Shown piece after piece: positions 15,289 to 25,894 of a stretch of DNA of 64,000 nt. Position numbers and translations under genes: made by a program. The stretch is taken from IMG/VR virus record IMGVR_UViG_3300033143_001219, positions 1 through 64,000 of that record; one strand, given 5' to 3'. Positions within the stretch are counted from its first letter, which is position 1. Each line of letters starts with the position of its first letter. The stretch is from a virus. Under the pieces are notes generated by a model, which was given only the letters and a program-made list of their open reading frames with translations, made no database searches and was not told the origin of the DNA.

Positions 15289-16032
15289 ATGAAAATAGAA
15301 ATACCAATACAGTGTCCCGTTTGCAATTCTAAATTAGTTAGGATTAAAGACCAGTTATTTTGTCAAAATAATTTATGTGACGCAAAAGTATTTAAAAGCA
15401 TTATACATTTCGTCAAGGCTATGAAAATAAAAGGACTTGGTGAAAAAACAATTGAGAAATTGAATTTAGAAAGTATTAATTCAATCTATACTTTATCTAA
15501 AGAGTTGTTAACTAATGAACTTGGTGAGAAACTAGGGATTAAGTTATACAATGAGATAGAGAAAAGTAAAAATACCACGGTAGATAAATATATCACCGGA
15601 TTTGGTATCCCACTTGTGGGAAAAACAGCATCTGAAAAACTTGCTCAGCATACAGATAATATATGGAATATTAATGAAGAAGTCTGTAAGTTAGCTGGTT
15701 TAGGTGAAAAGGCAACAAATAATCTATTGGACTGGATATTGCACAATAAGTTAGAATATGAAAACTTACCTATAAAAACAGTGGAAGGAATTAAACAATC
15801 TGAAGCTACTTTAAAAGTATGTATAACAGGGAAGTTAAAGGATTTTACATCTAGGGAAAAGGCAAAAACATATCTTAAAGATTATGGAATACAAGTAGTA
15901 AGTAGTGTAAGTAGTAACATTGAATATTTAATTTGCGACGTAGAAAATAGTAGTTCATCTAGTATTAAGAAAGCAGAAAAATTAAATATACCTGTAGTTA
16001 CTATGAATCATTTATTAAATAAATTAATTTAA
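15289..16032 (+). CDS. NAD-dependent DNA ligase subunit B (Zn finger, HhH, BRCT)
   Basis: CPVC..C.N.LC, IKGLGEK, VCITGKL BRCT. Confidence 0.92.
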   Translation: MKIEIPIQCPVCNSKLVRIKDQLFCQNNLCDAKVFKSIIHFVKAMKIKGLGEKTIEKLNLESINSIYTLSKELLTNELGEKLGIKLYNEIEKSKNTTVDKYITGFGIPLVGKTASEKLAQHTDNIWNINEEVCKLAGLGEKATNNLLDWILHNKLEYENLPIKTVEGIKQSEATLKVCITGKLKDFTSREKAKTYLKDYGIQVVSSVSSNIEYLICDVENSSSSSIKKAEKLNIPVVTMNHLLNKLI

Positions 16033-16043
16033 AGGAGATTTAA

Positions 16044-16787
16044 ATGAGTAATAACGTACCTAAGTGGAACGAAGAAAGAGAAGCAACATTAACAAATATT
16101 GTTGGTTCAACAAGCCCAGTAACAGCAACTGTTGTAGCAAATGCAGCAGAAACATTAGAAACTACTACACGTTCAGTAGCATCTAAATTACGTAAAATGG
16201 GTTTTGAAGTTGACTCTGTAAGTAAAAATGCAACTAAAAAATATTCAGATAAGCAGGAAGCTGAGTTATCTAAGTTCTTAGAAAAGCATAGTGGTCAATA
16301 TACATACGCAGAAGTAGCTTCTGCAGTTCTTGGTGGAGACTTCTCTACTAAACAAATACAAGGCAAAATTCTTTCTATGGAATTAACAGGCCATGTTAAA
16401 CCTACCCCAAAACCTGAAGTTGTTAAAACTTACTCTGATGCAGAAGAAACTAAATTACTTGGTTTATTAGCTAAAGGTGATATGTTCATTGAAGATATCG
16501 CAGCTAAAATGAACCGTGAAGTTAACTCTGTTCGTGGAAAGATTTTATCTTTAAGTAGAACAAACGAAGGGATCACAATTCCAAAACAAAAAAATTACAA
16601 AGCTAAAGCTGCTGATGCCTTAGATACTTTAGGTGATATTGCTGACTTAACAGTTGACGAAATTGCTGAAAAGATTGAAAAGACAGCTCGTGGTGTTAAA
16701 ACAATGTTAACTCATCGTGGATTAACATGCAAAAACTATGATGGTGCTAAACGCGCTAACAAGATTGCAGAAGCTAAAGCTAGCTAA
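16044..16787 (+). CDS. T5 D5-like DNA-binding transcription regulator
   Basis: RSVASKLRKMGFEV, GQYTYAEVA, KQIQGKILSMELT. Confidence 0.85.
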   Translation: MSNNVPKWNEEREATLTNIVGSTSPVTATVVANAAETLETTTRSVASKLRKMGFEVDSVSKNATKKYSDKQEAELSKFLEKHSGQYTYAEVASAVLGGDFSTKQIQGKILSMELTGHVKPTPKPEVVKTYSDAEETKLLGLLAKGDMFIEDIAAKMNREVNSVRGKILSLSRTNEGITIPKQKNYKAKAADALDTLGDIADLTVDEIAEKIEKTARGVKTMLTHRGLTCKNYDGAKRANKIAEAKAS

Positions 16788-16812
16788 TACGTAACAAAAG
16801 TAGAGTATATAT

Positions 16813-16843
16813 ATACTGGGTATTAATTTACCCAGTATTTTTT
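16813..16843 (+). terminator. Rho-independent terminator
   Basis: ATACTGGGTA/TACCCAGTAT + T-run. Confidence 0.75.
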
Positions 16844-16887
16844 ATACTTTAAATTTTAAGCTAAAAATATAAAAAGGGTATATCAGT

Positions 16888-18213
16888 GTGTCAGATGTTG
16901 CAGGAATTGTATTACATAACGTACTAAAAAATCCTGAAAGTTCTTTAGAAATTTGGCCTAAACTTAAAATTCACTTTTTCAATTCAGACTATGAAGAAAT
17001 TTTCAGGTCTATTAATAAGTATTATAATAAAAATAATACCCTACCTACCTTCGCAGACTTAAAGATAACACTAAGAGAACAATCTATTATTCAAAAGATA
17101 ATAGCTCTAGAATTACTAGATGTTTCAGATGATATTGATAATTTAATAGCTACAGAAGCATTAAAAGATCAATTTACACAAGATGAAACATTAAATCAAT
17201 TATCTACTTTTGTAGATAAGATACCTACATATGATACCGTGGAAGTTAAAGAAGAATTAGCTAACATACTATTAGACCTTGAACAAAAAACAGAAACTTC
17301 AGAAGAAATATTTTTAATGAATGATATATTCGTTATAGATAATGAAGAAGTTCACAGTAGAGTTACATTGGGATTAAACAATAATTTTGATGCAATTACA
17401 GGGGGTCTATCTTTAACTGAATTAATCATGATAGGCGGACATAGAGGCTCTGGAAAAACTGTTGCTGCTTGTAACATTGCCGTTAACCAATATGAACAAG
17501 GAAATGTAGGACTATTTTTCTCTATCGAAATGCGATACAGAGAGATATTTAATAGATTTATATCTATATTATCCGATGTAGATAACAACAAATTAAGAAA
17601 TATGCGCTGTAATCTAGATGATTACATGAAGATTGCAAATACTAGAAGCAACATGTTTGTTGACAGTGAGGAAGTATTACAAGATTATATAAAACATAGA
17701 GACTATGAAAAATTTGAAATAGATTTAGTAAAGTCTAAACGACTGAAATCAGATAGCCAATTAATTATTGTAGATAATCAATCATTAACTATGGCTGATA
17801 TTGATTTGAATATCACTAAGTTTAAAATGCAGTTTGGAGACAAGCTAAAGGTTGTTATAGTTGACTATGTAAATCAGATACAAACACCAGACATATTTGA
17901 TTGGAAAAATCAAATATCAATGTCTAAAGGATTAAAATCATTAGCTAGGAAGCATAACATTGTTATGGTTACACCGTATCAAACAGATACATCTGGTGAA
18001 GCTAGATTTGCAAAGGGATTACTAGATGCGGCAGACGTAGCTGCAAACTTAGAAGCCTCTGATGATTACATAACATTTACAAGTACAAAAACTAGGAATA
18101 TTGCTCCATTTCAATTCAACTCTCCAATAAACTGGGATAGTTTTGCAATGTCATCAACGGATGCAGTGCTAGAAAGTGCAGATGGAGAGAAACCAGAAGA
18201 TACTCCAATTTAA
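16888..18213 (+). CDS. DnaB-like replicative helicase (T5 D6)
   Basis: GGHRGSGKT Walker A, FSIEM, IVDY. Confidence 0.9.
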   Translation: MSDVAGIVLHNVLKNPESSLEIWPKLKIHFFNSDYEEIFRSINKYYNKNNTLPTFADLKITLREQSIIQKIIALELLDVSDDIDNLIATEALKDQFTQDETLNQLSTFVDKIPTYDTVEVKEELANILLDLEQKTETSEEIFLMNDIFVIDNEEVHSRVTLGLNNNFDAITGGLSLTELIMIGGHRGSGKTVAACNIAVNQYEQGNVGLFFSIEMRYREIFNRFISILSDVDNNKLRNMRCNLDDYMKIANTRSNMFVDSEEVLQDYIKHRDYEKFEIDLVKSKRLKSDSQLIIVDNQSLTMADIDLNITKFKMQFGDKLKVVIVDYVNQIQTPDIFDWKNQISMSKGLKSLARKHNIVMVTPYQTDTSGEARFAKGLLDAADVAANLEASDDYITFTSTKTRNIAPFQFNSPINWDSFAMSSTDAVLESADGEKPEDTPI

Positions 18214-18227
18214 AAGGAAATTAAATT

Positions 18228-18701
18228 ATGTTTATTACACAAACAAAATATAGCAATATGAAAGATAGAATTACTAATCTTGAAGGTCAAGTAGAAGCAC
18301 TTCACGTAGATAAAGTATTAGAACGAGATAAAAAATTAGCAGAAATAGGTAATCTAGATGATAAAATAATTCACCTAGAAAAGTCAAAAAGAAAATTACA
18401 AAACGATGTAGATGATAAAGTAGCTGAAAATAAAAGAGCTGAAGAGAATATAAAACATAAAGTTAAAATTGTAATGGAAAAGCATGACCTAGAAGTAGCT
18501 CAGAAGAAACAAGACCTTGTAGTAGAAAAGAATGATGAAGTTGCTAGCCTTAAAGATAAGTTTAGGGATAAGCGTGAGAAACAATTAGAATTACAAGGCA
18601 GTGAAATGAAAGGTATGTATACTGAAATGATGAAAATCTTAACTAGTGTTCAAGGGACTATAACTGCCCCAACAGGTGCCCGTCATGGCAATAGCGACTA
18701 A
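18228..18701 (+). CDS. Coiled-coil hypothetical protein
   Basis: ORF, K/E-rich heptads. Confidence 0.7.
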   Translation: MFITQTKYSNMKDRITNLEGQVEALHVDKVLERDKKLAEIGNLDDKIIHLEKSKRKLQNDVDDKVAENKRAEENIKHKVKIVMEKHDLEVAQKKQDLVVEKNDEVASLKDKFRDKREKQLELQGSEMKGMYTEMMKILTSVQGTITAPTGARHGNSD

Positions 18702-18927
18702 TTATCCACAACCTTATACAGGCGTAGGTGGAGGCGCGGGTACAAGTACATTTACAGGTACTACTTGGTATAATCATTACGCTTTTGATGTATATAATAA
18801 TAGATATGTAGCAGAAAATAATATTATATTAGCTTATGACCCGGCAGCACCCGCAACTCCTAAGAAGAAAACTTTTGAAGAGAAAATGCAAAAAGAAGTT
18901 GATGATTGGTTAAGTATATTTAATTAA
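18685..18927 (+). CDS. Hypothetical protein
   Basis: ORF. Confidence 0.6.
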   Translation: MAIATNYPQPYTGVGGGAGTSTFTGTTWYNHYAFDVYNNRYVAENNIILAYDPAAPATPKKKTFEEKMQKEVDDWLSIFN

Positions 18928-18939
18928 AGAGAAATTATA

Positions 18940-19815
18940 ATGGACGTTAGAACTTTATTAGAAGATAAAGGTATTGTATTTAAATCTCAAGGAAGAGATT
19001 ATGTTACTAAGTGCTTAAATCCAGAACATGAAGATAGTAATCCCTCTATGAGAATTGATAAGATCTCAGGATTGTTTGGCTGCTTTAGTTGTGGTTTTGG
19101 TGGTGACATATTTGATTACTATAATATTAATAAAGAGAAGTTTATTGATATTAAAGTAGCTGAAGTAAAGGATAAAATACAAAATCTACTGGCACAAAAA
19201 TCAATTCCGATGCCATTAGATGCAATACCTTTCAAAGAAGATTTTAGGAATATTAAGGGAAGTACATATGAGTTATTTGGTGCTTTCACCACAGAATCCT
19301 TATATGGTATGGAAGGTAGATTAGTATTTCCAATTAAGGATATTCAAGGAAATATAATAGCGTTTCAAGGAAGATATATGTACTCGGATTTAGACCCTAA
19401 GTACAAATTCTACCCAGAACATACTACAGTACAGTTTCACCCCATGATACCTAAGCCTATAGATAATAGTATTATTTTAGTTGAGGGTATATTTGATATG
19501 ATAAACTTATGGGATAAAGGATTGCATAATGCAGTTACTTCATTTGGTATTAGTTTAGGGACTGTTAAGAGGCATAAGAAGAAGGCTCTAGTTGCTAGTA
19601 GATTTAATGTATTTAAACTGCAAGGCATTGAGACTATATGGATAATGTATGATGGTGATAAACGTGGTAAAGATGCTGGTGAAGGTTTGAAAGAAACTTT
19701 ACAGCAAGATAGAAAATTCTTTGTAGATACAATAGATTTACAAGAAGGAATGGACCCAGGTGAATTTACATTGGATGAAGTTAAAGGATTAAGAGTACAA
19801 TTGTATGGCGAATAA
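18940..19815 (+). CDS. DNA primase
   Basis: CLNPEHED..PS, CFSCG Zn finger; VEGIFD and YDGD TOPRIM. Confidence 0.92.
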   Translation: MDVRTLLEDKGIVFKSQGRDYVTKCLNPEHEDSNPSMRIDKISGLFGCFSCGFGGDIFDYYNINKEKFIDIKVAEVKDKIQNLLAQKSIPMPLDAIPFKEDFRNIKGSTYELFGAFTTESLYGMEGRLVFPIKDIQGNIIAFQGRYMYSDLDPKYKFYPEHTTVQFHPMIPKPIDNSIILVEGIFDMINLWDKGLHNAVTSFGISLGTVKRHKKKALVASRFNVFKLQGIETIWIMYDGDKRGKDAGEGLKETLQQDRKFFVDTIDLQEGMDPGEFTLDEVKGLRVQLYGE

Positions 19816-22000
19816 TATTGCAGTAGTAGAGAAGTACCCATCAAATTATAATTACGAGGCATTACTACCTTTTGATTTTGATAGATTATCTCTAGTAGAT
19901 GAAAGAATGGATAAAGTACTAAAACGAGATATTACTTTAGATATTGACCTAGTTAAGGAAGAATATGAATATATAATACTTATTGGAAAGGAACCCAGTA
20001 AGTTTGTAGGTAACATATCTTCTGTCACAGAATATCAAGGATACTTGTTAGATGATAAGTTCTTAGCTTTAATGAACCCCGTAGCGGTAGCTTTGCGACC
20101 CTCACTAAAAACAGCCTTTGATAAGTCTGTTAATGATATAATTATAACTATAACTAAGGGTGAACTAGTACTACAGAATGTAGATGTTACACCACTTGAA
20201 ACTGAAAGTGATATATTAAAGTACTTAGATGAAGTTATTGAGTACAATCCTGAGTTTATTGCAATGGATACAGAAACCTCAGCATTATACCCTAGAGATG
20301 GGTATGTACTAGGTATATCTATGACACACAGAGATAATCAAGGTGTATACATAGATAGTATGGTTGTATCGGATAAAGTAGTTGAAAAGCTACAATATAT
20401 ATGTAATAAATTTAAAATAGTATTTCATAATGCTAAGTTTGATATCAAGATGCTTGCATATCATTTTGGATTAGTATTCCCAGACTGGGATGATACAATG
20501 CTTCTACATTTTGATTTAGATGAAAATAGTCCACATGGATTAAAACATCTAGCTATTAAGTATACTAACTTAGGTGATTATGATGCTGAGTTAAACAAAT
20601 TTAAAATACAGTATTGTAAAGATCATAATATTAAAAGAGCAGACTTTACTTATGATTTAATACCTTTCCATATTATGTTTCCTTATGCAGCTAAAGATAC
20701 AACCGCTACTTTTGAACTATATCAAAAGTTTATGCCACTTATTGCTAAAAATACTAGACTTAAGTATGTATACGATGATTTATTAGTAAAGGGTACTAAG
20801 TTTCTAATAGATGTTGAAGAGACTGGGATTCCTATCAATAAGGAACTTATAGAGTTTCATATTATAAGAGTAAGTGATGAAATAAAAGTATTAACAGCTT
20901 CATTATATGAACATGATGAAATAAAGAAAGTAGAAGAAATTAAGAAGAAATTATTTAATGTTAATAGTACACATGATTTAAGAGCACTATTCTTTGATAT
21001 ATTAGATATGCCTTATACTAAGCTGACTGATACAGGGCAGCCAAGTACAGATGCAGAAGTGTTAGAAGAACTATCTACTACACACCCTATTGCTAATATA
21101 ATTAATAAAATTAAGAAGCTTAAAAAGATTAAATCTACCTACCTAGAAAAGATGTTACAAGGTTGTGACATGGATGGTAGACTAAGAACAGGATTTAACT
21201 TACATATAACTACATCTGGGAGACTAAGTTCATCTGGAAAGATTAATGCTCAACAATTACCTAGAAAGGATAAGACACCTAAACTTTGTATAGAAGCTAA
21301 GGAAGGTTTCAGTATTGTGAGTCAGGATTTGAAAACAGCGGAAATGTATATTGCCGCAGTATTATCTGGAGATAAAAACTTACAGAAAGTATTTATAGAT
21401 AAGCAAGATTATCACGGAACAATGGCAGTTATGAAGTTTGGGTTAACTTGTAAACCAAATGATGTTGCAAAGTTATTTCCAGATTTAAGACAAGCAGCTA
21501 AAACTGTTTCGTTTGAAATTCTATACAAACTAAATTATAGAGAGCCAGCATTAGAGAAGTTTAAAAGGCTTAAGCGCTGGTTACAAGAACAAGAAGAGTG
21601 GATTAAAGATAAAGGATATATCTATTCAGCCTTCGGTAGAAAACGCAGAGTATCTGACGTATTCTCACCAAATAGAAAAGAAGCACAACATCAAGTAAGA
21701 AGTGCAATTAACTTCTTAGTACAAAGCGTATCTAGTGATGTTAATCTATTGGCAGGAATTGAAATGCAAGAATGGATTGTAAAGAATGGATATACTGAAC
21801 AAATGAAAATATTTGGTTTAGTACATGACTCAATCTTAGCAGAAGTTAAAAATGAATATATTGATATGTATTTAGAAAAACTGGCTTACTTTACCCAGAT
21901 GGATAGAGGAGTTTCAATTCCAAACAGTCCTATAGGATTAGATATCGAGATTGGCAGTAGTTACGCATTTACTGATGAGAATTACAAATATGCAGCCTAA
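19805..22000 (+). CDS. Family A DNA polymerase with 3'-5' exonuclease
   Basis: DTET, HNAKFD, YAAKD; TSGRLSS, DLKTAE, RQAAK, VHDS. Confidence 0.95.
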   Translation: MANNIAVVEKYPSNYNYEALLPFDFDRLSLVDERMDKVLKRDITLDIDLVKEEYEYIILIGKEPSKFVGNISSVTEYQGYLLDDKFLALMNPVAVALRPSLKTAFDKSVNDIIITITKGELVLQNVDVTPLETESDILKYLDEVIEYNPEFIAMDTETSALYPRDGYVLGISMTHRDNQGVYIDSMVVSDKVVEKLQYICNKFKIVFHNAKFDIKMLAYHFGLVFPDWDDTMLLHFDLDENSPHGLKHLAIKYTNLGDYDAELNKFKIQYCKDHNIKRADFTYDLIPFHIMFPYAAKDTTATFELYQKFMPLIAKNTRLKYVYDDLLVKGTKFLIDVEETGIPINKELIEFHIIRVSDEIKVLTASLYEHDEIKKVEEIKKKLFNVNSTHDLRALFFDILDMPYTKLTDTGQPSTDAEVLEELSTTHPIANIINKIKKLKKIKSTYLEKMLQGCDMDGRLRTGFNLHITTSGRLSSSGKINAQQLPRKDKTPKLCIEAKEGFSIVSQDLKTAEMYIAAVLSGDKNLQKVFIDKQDYHGTMAVMKFGLTCKPNDVAKLFPDLRQAAKTVSFEILYKLNYREPALEKFKRLKRWLQEQEEWIKDKGYIYSAFGRKRRVSDVFSPNRKEAQHQVRSAINFLVQSVSSDVNLLAGIEMQEWIVKNGYTEQMKIFGLVHDSILAEVKNEYIDMYLEKLAYFTQMDRGVSIPNSPIGLDIEIGSSYAFTDENYKYAA

Positions 22001-22493
22001 GACATGGTCAGATATTAATTTTCCCATATTCGTTATAACACCAAATTATAAGAGAATATGGGATGAATTTAATGTTAAGTATATAGAAACCGAAAGTGGA
22101 ACATATGTACTTGACAATATGAACATGACTGGAGACACATTAGGCGAGCGAAGATTACAGATTAGAAACAGTTTGCGATACATCCCTCGCAAAGCATACT
22201 ACAATATTACGCAGCTCATAAAAAGTAATAACAAGACGTATATCGACAACACAGGATGTGTATTTACTTATAAGAAAACAAGGATGGTTCCTTTAAAGTA
22301 TTACAAAGTCATGGATGTAGTTAGCACGGAGGAGGGGTGTATCCTTTTAATTAAGGGTATAAACTTTAGAATTAGAACCCACTGTAGAGAAGCCTATAAT
22401 ATTAATTATGTAGGTTTATTAATTGTAGCTAACAATTATATTCTCTATGATACAAGTGAAGTAAAGAAGAAGGATACAATTAGGAAAATATAA
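21990..22493 (+). CDS. Conserved T5-like hypothetical protein
   Basis: Synteny between pol and D10. Confidence 0.7.
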   Translation: MQPKTWSDINFPIFVITPNYKRIWDEFNVKYIETESGTYVLDNMNMTGDTLGERRLQIRNSLRYIPRKAYYNITQLIKSNNKTYIDNTGCVFTYKKTRMVPLKYYKVMDVVSTEEGCILLIKGINFRIRTHCREAYNINYVGLLIVANNYILYDTSEVKKKDTIRKI

Positions 22494-22495
22494 GT

Positions 22496-23755
22496 ATGAA
22501 AGCAGTATTAAGTAACAGAATATATTTAACTAGGACTCCTGAGTTACACAATAGTTTAATTGAAGAACTAACATATAGATTGCCACCTAAGAAACCGGGC
22601 AATCCCTATGAAATAGAATGTGATGTAACTAGAATCAATAAAGATATACTAACAATACCCTCAGGTAGGTTAGACTTAATACCTAAAGATTACGAAGTAG
22701 TAGATAAACGTACGTTGAATCCAACTACGTTTCCTGAGTTTAAATTTACACTAAGAGAATCCCAGCAAGAGATATATGATTTAGTAGATGATAATTGTAT
22801 GATAATTGCTAACCCTAGTTATGGTAAAACATTCACGGCTATTTCAATTGCTACAAAGCTAAAGCAGAAAACTTTAATCATAGTACATACTAAATTTCTA
22901 TTAGAACAATGGGTAGATGAAATAAATAAAACTTTAGGCATTAAAGCTGGTATAGTAGGTGTAGGTAAGTTTAAAATTGATTCTCCTATAGTTGTAGCAT
23001 TATTTCAAACATTGCGAAATAAAGGCCACACCATAAGTAAAGAGTTTGGTACTGTAATAGTAGATGAAGTACATCATACACCAGCTAAAGTCTTTAAAGG
23101 TATTGTTGATAAGTTTAATGCACGATATAAAATAGGGCTAACAGCGACACCTTGGCGCAAAGATGGCAGACATGTAATGTTGGCAGATTACTTTGGAATG
23201 AAGGAATACAACCCTAAAGACGAGAATGAATTAACACCTAGTGTGATAATGGTTGAGTCAGGCATTAAGTTTGATTCTTCACCTATGACCCCTTGGGCTA
23301 ATAAAGTGAATGAATTAGTTAATAATACAAATTACTTAGAACTAGTACTAAATCTAGCACAAATTCAGGCTCAGCGTGGACACAAAGTGTTAGTAGTAGC
23401 TGATCGTACCGAATTTCTCGAGACTTGCGCCGACGTCCTAGATAATTCGATGTGCATTATAGGAAACACAGAAGACAGAGATTTCTTAGGTAGTGGAAAA
23501 GATATATGTTTTGGTTCTATTAAAATATTTGCAGAGGGTGTAAATATGCCACCTCTCAGTTGCTTAATAATAGCAAATCCACTTAACAATAGAGGCTTGC
23601 TAAAACAGCTAATAGGTAGAATAGCGAGACCGTGTGAGGGGAAGAAAAACCCTGAAATAATAGATATTATACTAACTGGTAAGACTGGTAAAAATCAAGC
23701 AGCACAAAGAATAAGCTATTATACAGAGAAAGGATATAAAATTAAATACATATGA
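22496..23755 (+). CDS. SF2 helicase (T5 D10-like)
   Basis: GKT, DEVH, GLTAT, QLIGR. Confidence 0.9.
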   Translation: MKAVLSNRIYLTRTPELHNSLIEELTYRLPPKKPGNPYEIECDVTRINKDILTIPSGRLDLIPKDYEVVDKRTLNPTTFPEFKFTLRESQQEIYDLVDDNCMIIANPSYGKTFTAISIATKLKQKTLIIVHTKFLLEQWVDEINKTLGIKAGIVGVGKFKIDSPIVVALFQTLRNKGHTISKEFGTVIVDEVHHTPAKVFKGIVDKFNARYKIGLTATPWRKDGRHVMLADYFGMKEYNPKDENELTPSVIMVESGIKFDSSPMTPWANKVNELVNNTNYLELVLNLAQIQAQRGHKVLVVADRTEFLETCADVLDNSMCIIGNTEDRDFLGSGKDICFGSIKIFAEGVNMPPLSCLIIANPLNNRGLLKQLIGRIARPCEGKKNPEIIDIILTGKTGKNQAAQRISYYTEKGYKIKYI

Positions 23756-24180
23756 TAAGATATAATTGGGAAGTAATTAAAAAGTATACAGAATGTAAAC
23801 CCGAATTAGTAATTGATTATTTTAAAAATATATATGTACTAAAAGGCGAAATGTATTCATACATGCAAGCAAATAAGTATGCTAGAAATATAGTTAGAAG
23901 TAAAGAAATTAAATCAAGTTATTTATTACATATAGATAGCTTAATTAAAAATGATGCTAAGGCAACACTCACAGAGCAGTTTATATACTTAGACTTAGCT
24001 AGTATGAGGGATGCCTTTTCATTATTTAATAGCAAGGGTCGTAAACGCTATCTGCACGAATGGGAGATAGCGGGTAATTACGATATTAAAAAACTAGAAA
24101 TAAACAAATTGTTAAATATAAGTGACAAGAAAATTTATTTTATTTATGAAGAAGGAGATGACTATGGGAATGGCTTTTAA
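23752..24180 (+). CDS. Conserved T5-like hypothetical protein
   Basis: Synteny. Confidence 0.7.
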   Translation: MIRYNWEVIKKYTECKPELVIDYFKNIYVLKGEMYSYMQANKYARNIVRSKEIKSSYLLHIDSLIKNDAKATLTEQFIYLDLASMRDAFSLFNSKGRKRYLHEWEIAGNYDIKKLEINKLLNISDKKIYFIYEEGDDYGNGF

Positions 24181-24838
24181 TGCCTCTAATGGCGCAGCAA
24201 AGAAAAGTGGTTTAGATTATATTAAATTAGAATTAGGTGAGAACAAATTTAGAATGGTAGGTGAGTTACTTGCCCGCTATTGCTATTGGAAGAAAATGGG
24301 TGATCATAACATCCCTGTTGAATGCTTAGCATTTGATAGAGATAAGGAAAGGTTTACTAATGTAACTCAGGATTGGTTTAGACATTATTACCCAGATCAA
24401 AAATGTGTATGGTCTTACGTTATTCAAGTAATTGATAGCAAGGACGGTAAACTAAAGTTAATGGGATTAAAGAAAAAGTTATTTGACCAGATTATGGACT
24501 TAGCAAATGATTTAGGTGATCCTACTGACCCAATTAATGGTTGGGATGTTATTGTAGATAAAAAGAAAACAGGCCCTCACATCTTTAATATAGAGTACAA
24601 ATTAAAAGAACGCTCTATTGAAAAACGTGAATTAACTGATGATGAGAAAGAGGCTATAAAAGATATCAAATCTATTGATGATTTAATACCCCGTCCAGAT
24701 GCAGAAGAACAAAAAGCATTTATTGAACAAAATTGGGTTAATAAGCAAGAAGAAAATACTGATAGTGAAGCTATTGATGAATTTGATGCTGCCGAAAAAC
24801 CTAAAAAGGATACTTTTGACGACGACATCCCGTTCTAA
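24164..24838 (+). CDS. ssDNA-binding protein (T5 D11-like)
   Basis: Acidic DDDIPF C-terminus; LGDPTD...GWD; AAGGAG SD. Confidence 0.85.
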   Translation: MGMAFNASNGAAKKSGLDYIKLELGENKFRMVGELLARYCYWKKMGDHNIPVECLAFDRDKERFTNVTQDWFRHYYPDQKCVWSYVIQVIDSKDGKLKLMGLKKKLFDQIMDLANDLGDPTDPINGWDVIVDKKKTGPHIFNIEYKLKERSIEKRELTDDEKEAIKDIKSIDDLIPRPDAEEQKAFIEQNWVNKQEENTDSEAIDEFDAAEKPKKDTFDDDIPF

Positions 24839-24861
24839 TAAAACCTAGCGTTTATTTATAG

Positions 24862-24892
24862 TGAGAGAGGCTAATAACCTCTCTCATTTTTT
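24862..24892 (+). terminator. Rho-independent terminator
   Basis: TGAGAGAGG/CCTCTCTCA + T6. Confidence 0.8.
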
Positions 24893-24943
24893 AACTTATG
24901 AAAACTAAAACACAAAAAGATTTAAAACAACTTGGAAATACTT

Positions 24944-25894
24944 ATGAAAATACTCTTCTCCGCGGATCATCACATAAAATTAGGTCAAAAGAACGTGCCA
25001 AAAGAGTGGCAAAAGAAAAGATATAGTATGTTATGGAAGAAGCTACACGAGCTTGAGGCAGAGTGTGATATTCATATTATGGGTGGAGATATCTTTGATA
25101 AGATACCTAATCCTGAAGAAATATCAATGTACTTTGAATTTATAGTTGGTTGTAATATACCTACATTTATATATGATGGAAATCATGAGGCACTTAAGAA
25201 AGGCCACACATTCCTAAAATATCTAGAGCAAGCCAGTAATGATATAAATAATAATGTTCACATTATTGACGGTATATATGAAATTGGAGATATAGATATC
25301 ATTCCTTATACATGCCTAAAAACTTTCAATCCTAAAGACTTCAATAATAAGATTCTATGCACACATGTTAGAGGTAATATTCCTCCCTATGTTATAGAAG
25401 AAGTTGATTTAGAAAAATTTGATGGTTGGGAAGTTGTGCTTGCAGGTGATCTACACTCTTATGAAAACAGTCAAGGTAATATACTATATCCAGGTAGTCC
25501 TTTATCAATTACATTCCATAGAAATAAAATAGATAATGGAGTGATTATATTTGATACTGAAACAATGGAACATGAGTTTATACCTTTAGGCTTGCCACAA
25601 TTACTAAGAAAAACAGTAGATAATAAAGACGATGTTATTCCCACGGAATATGATCATACTATCTACGAAATTACTGGTAACCTATTAGAGTTATCAGATA
25701 TAGATACTACATCTGAATTTATAGATAAAAAAATAGTAAATAAGAAAAATGATAGTGTACTTAATCTAAAAGATATTACATTAGAGAAAGAGCTAGATTT
25801 ATACTTAACAATTATTTTAAAGTTTTCAGCAGAAGAAGTAGTATCAGTACTAAAGGTTTTCAATGATTATACTAAAGAATTTGACATGGAGTAA
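24944..25894 (+). CDS. SbcD/Mre11-like nuclease (T5 D12)
   Basis: ADHH, GGDIFD, GNHE, AGDLH, YPGSP. Confidence 0.9.
   Translation: MKILFSADHHIKLGQKNVPKEWQKKRYSMLWKKLHELEAECDIHIMGGDIFDKIPNPEEISMYFEFIVGCNIPTFIYDGNHEALKKGHTFLKYLEQASNDINNNVHIIDGIYEIGDIDIIPYTCLKTFNPKDFNNKILCTHVRGNIPPYVIEEVDLEKFDGWEVVLAGDLHSYENSQGNILYPGSPLSITFHRNKIDNGVIIFDTETMEHEFIPLGLPQLLRKTVDNKDDVIPTEYDHTIYEITGNLLELSDIDTTSEFIDKKIVNKKNDSVLNLKDITLEKELDLYLTIILKFSAEEVVSVLKVFNDYTKEFDME

Noticed and set aside
14055-16032. Split DNA ligase as a pseudogene or novelty
   Set aside because: A two-gene NAD ligase is the established arrangement in T5-like phages.
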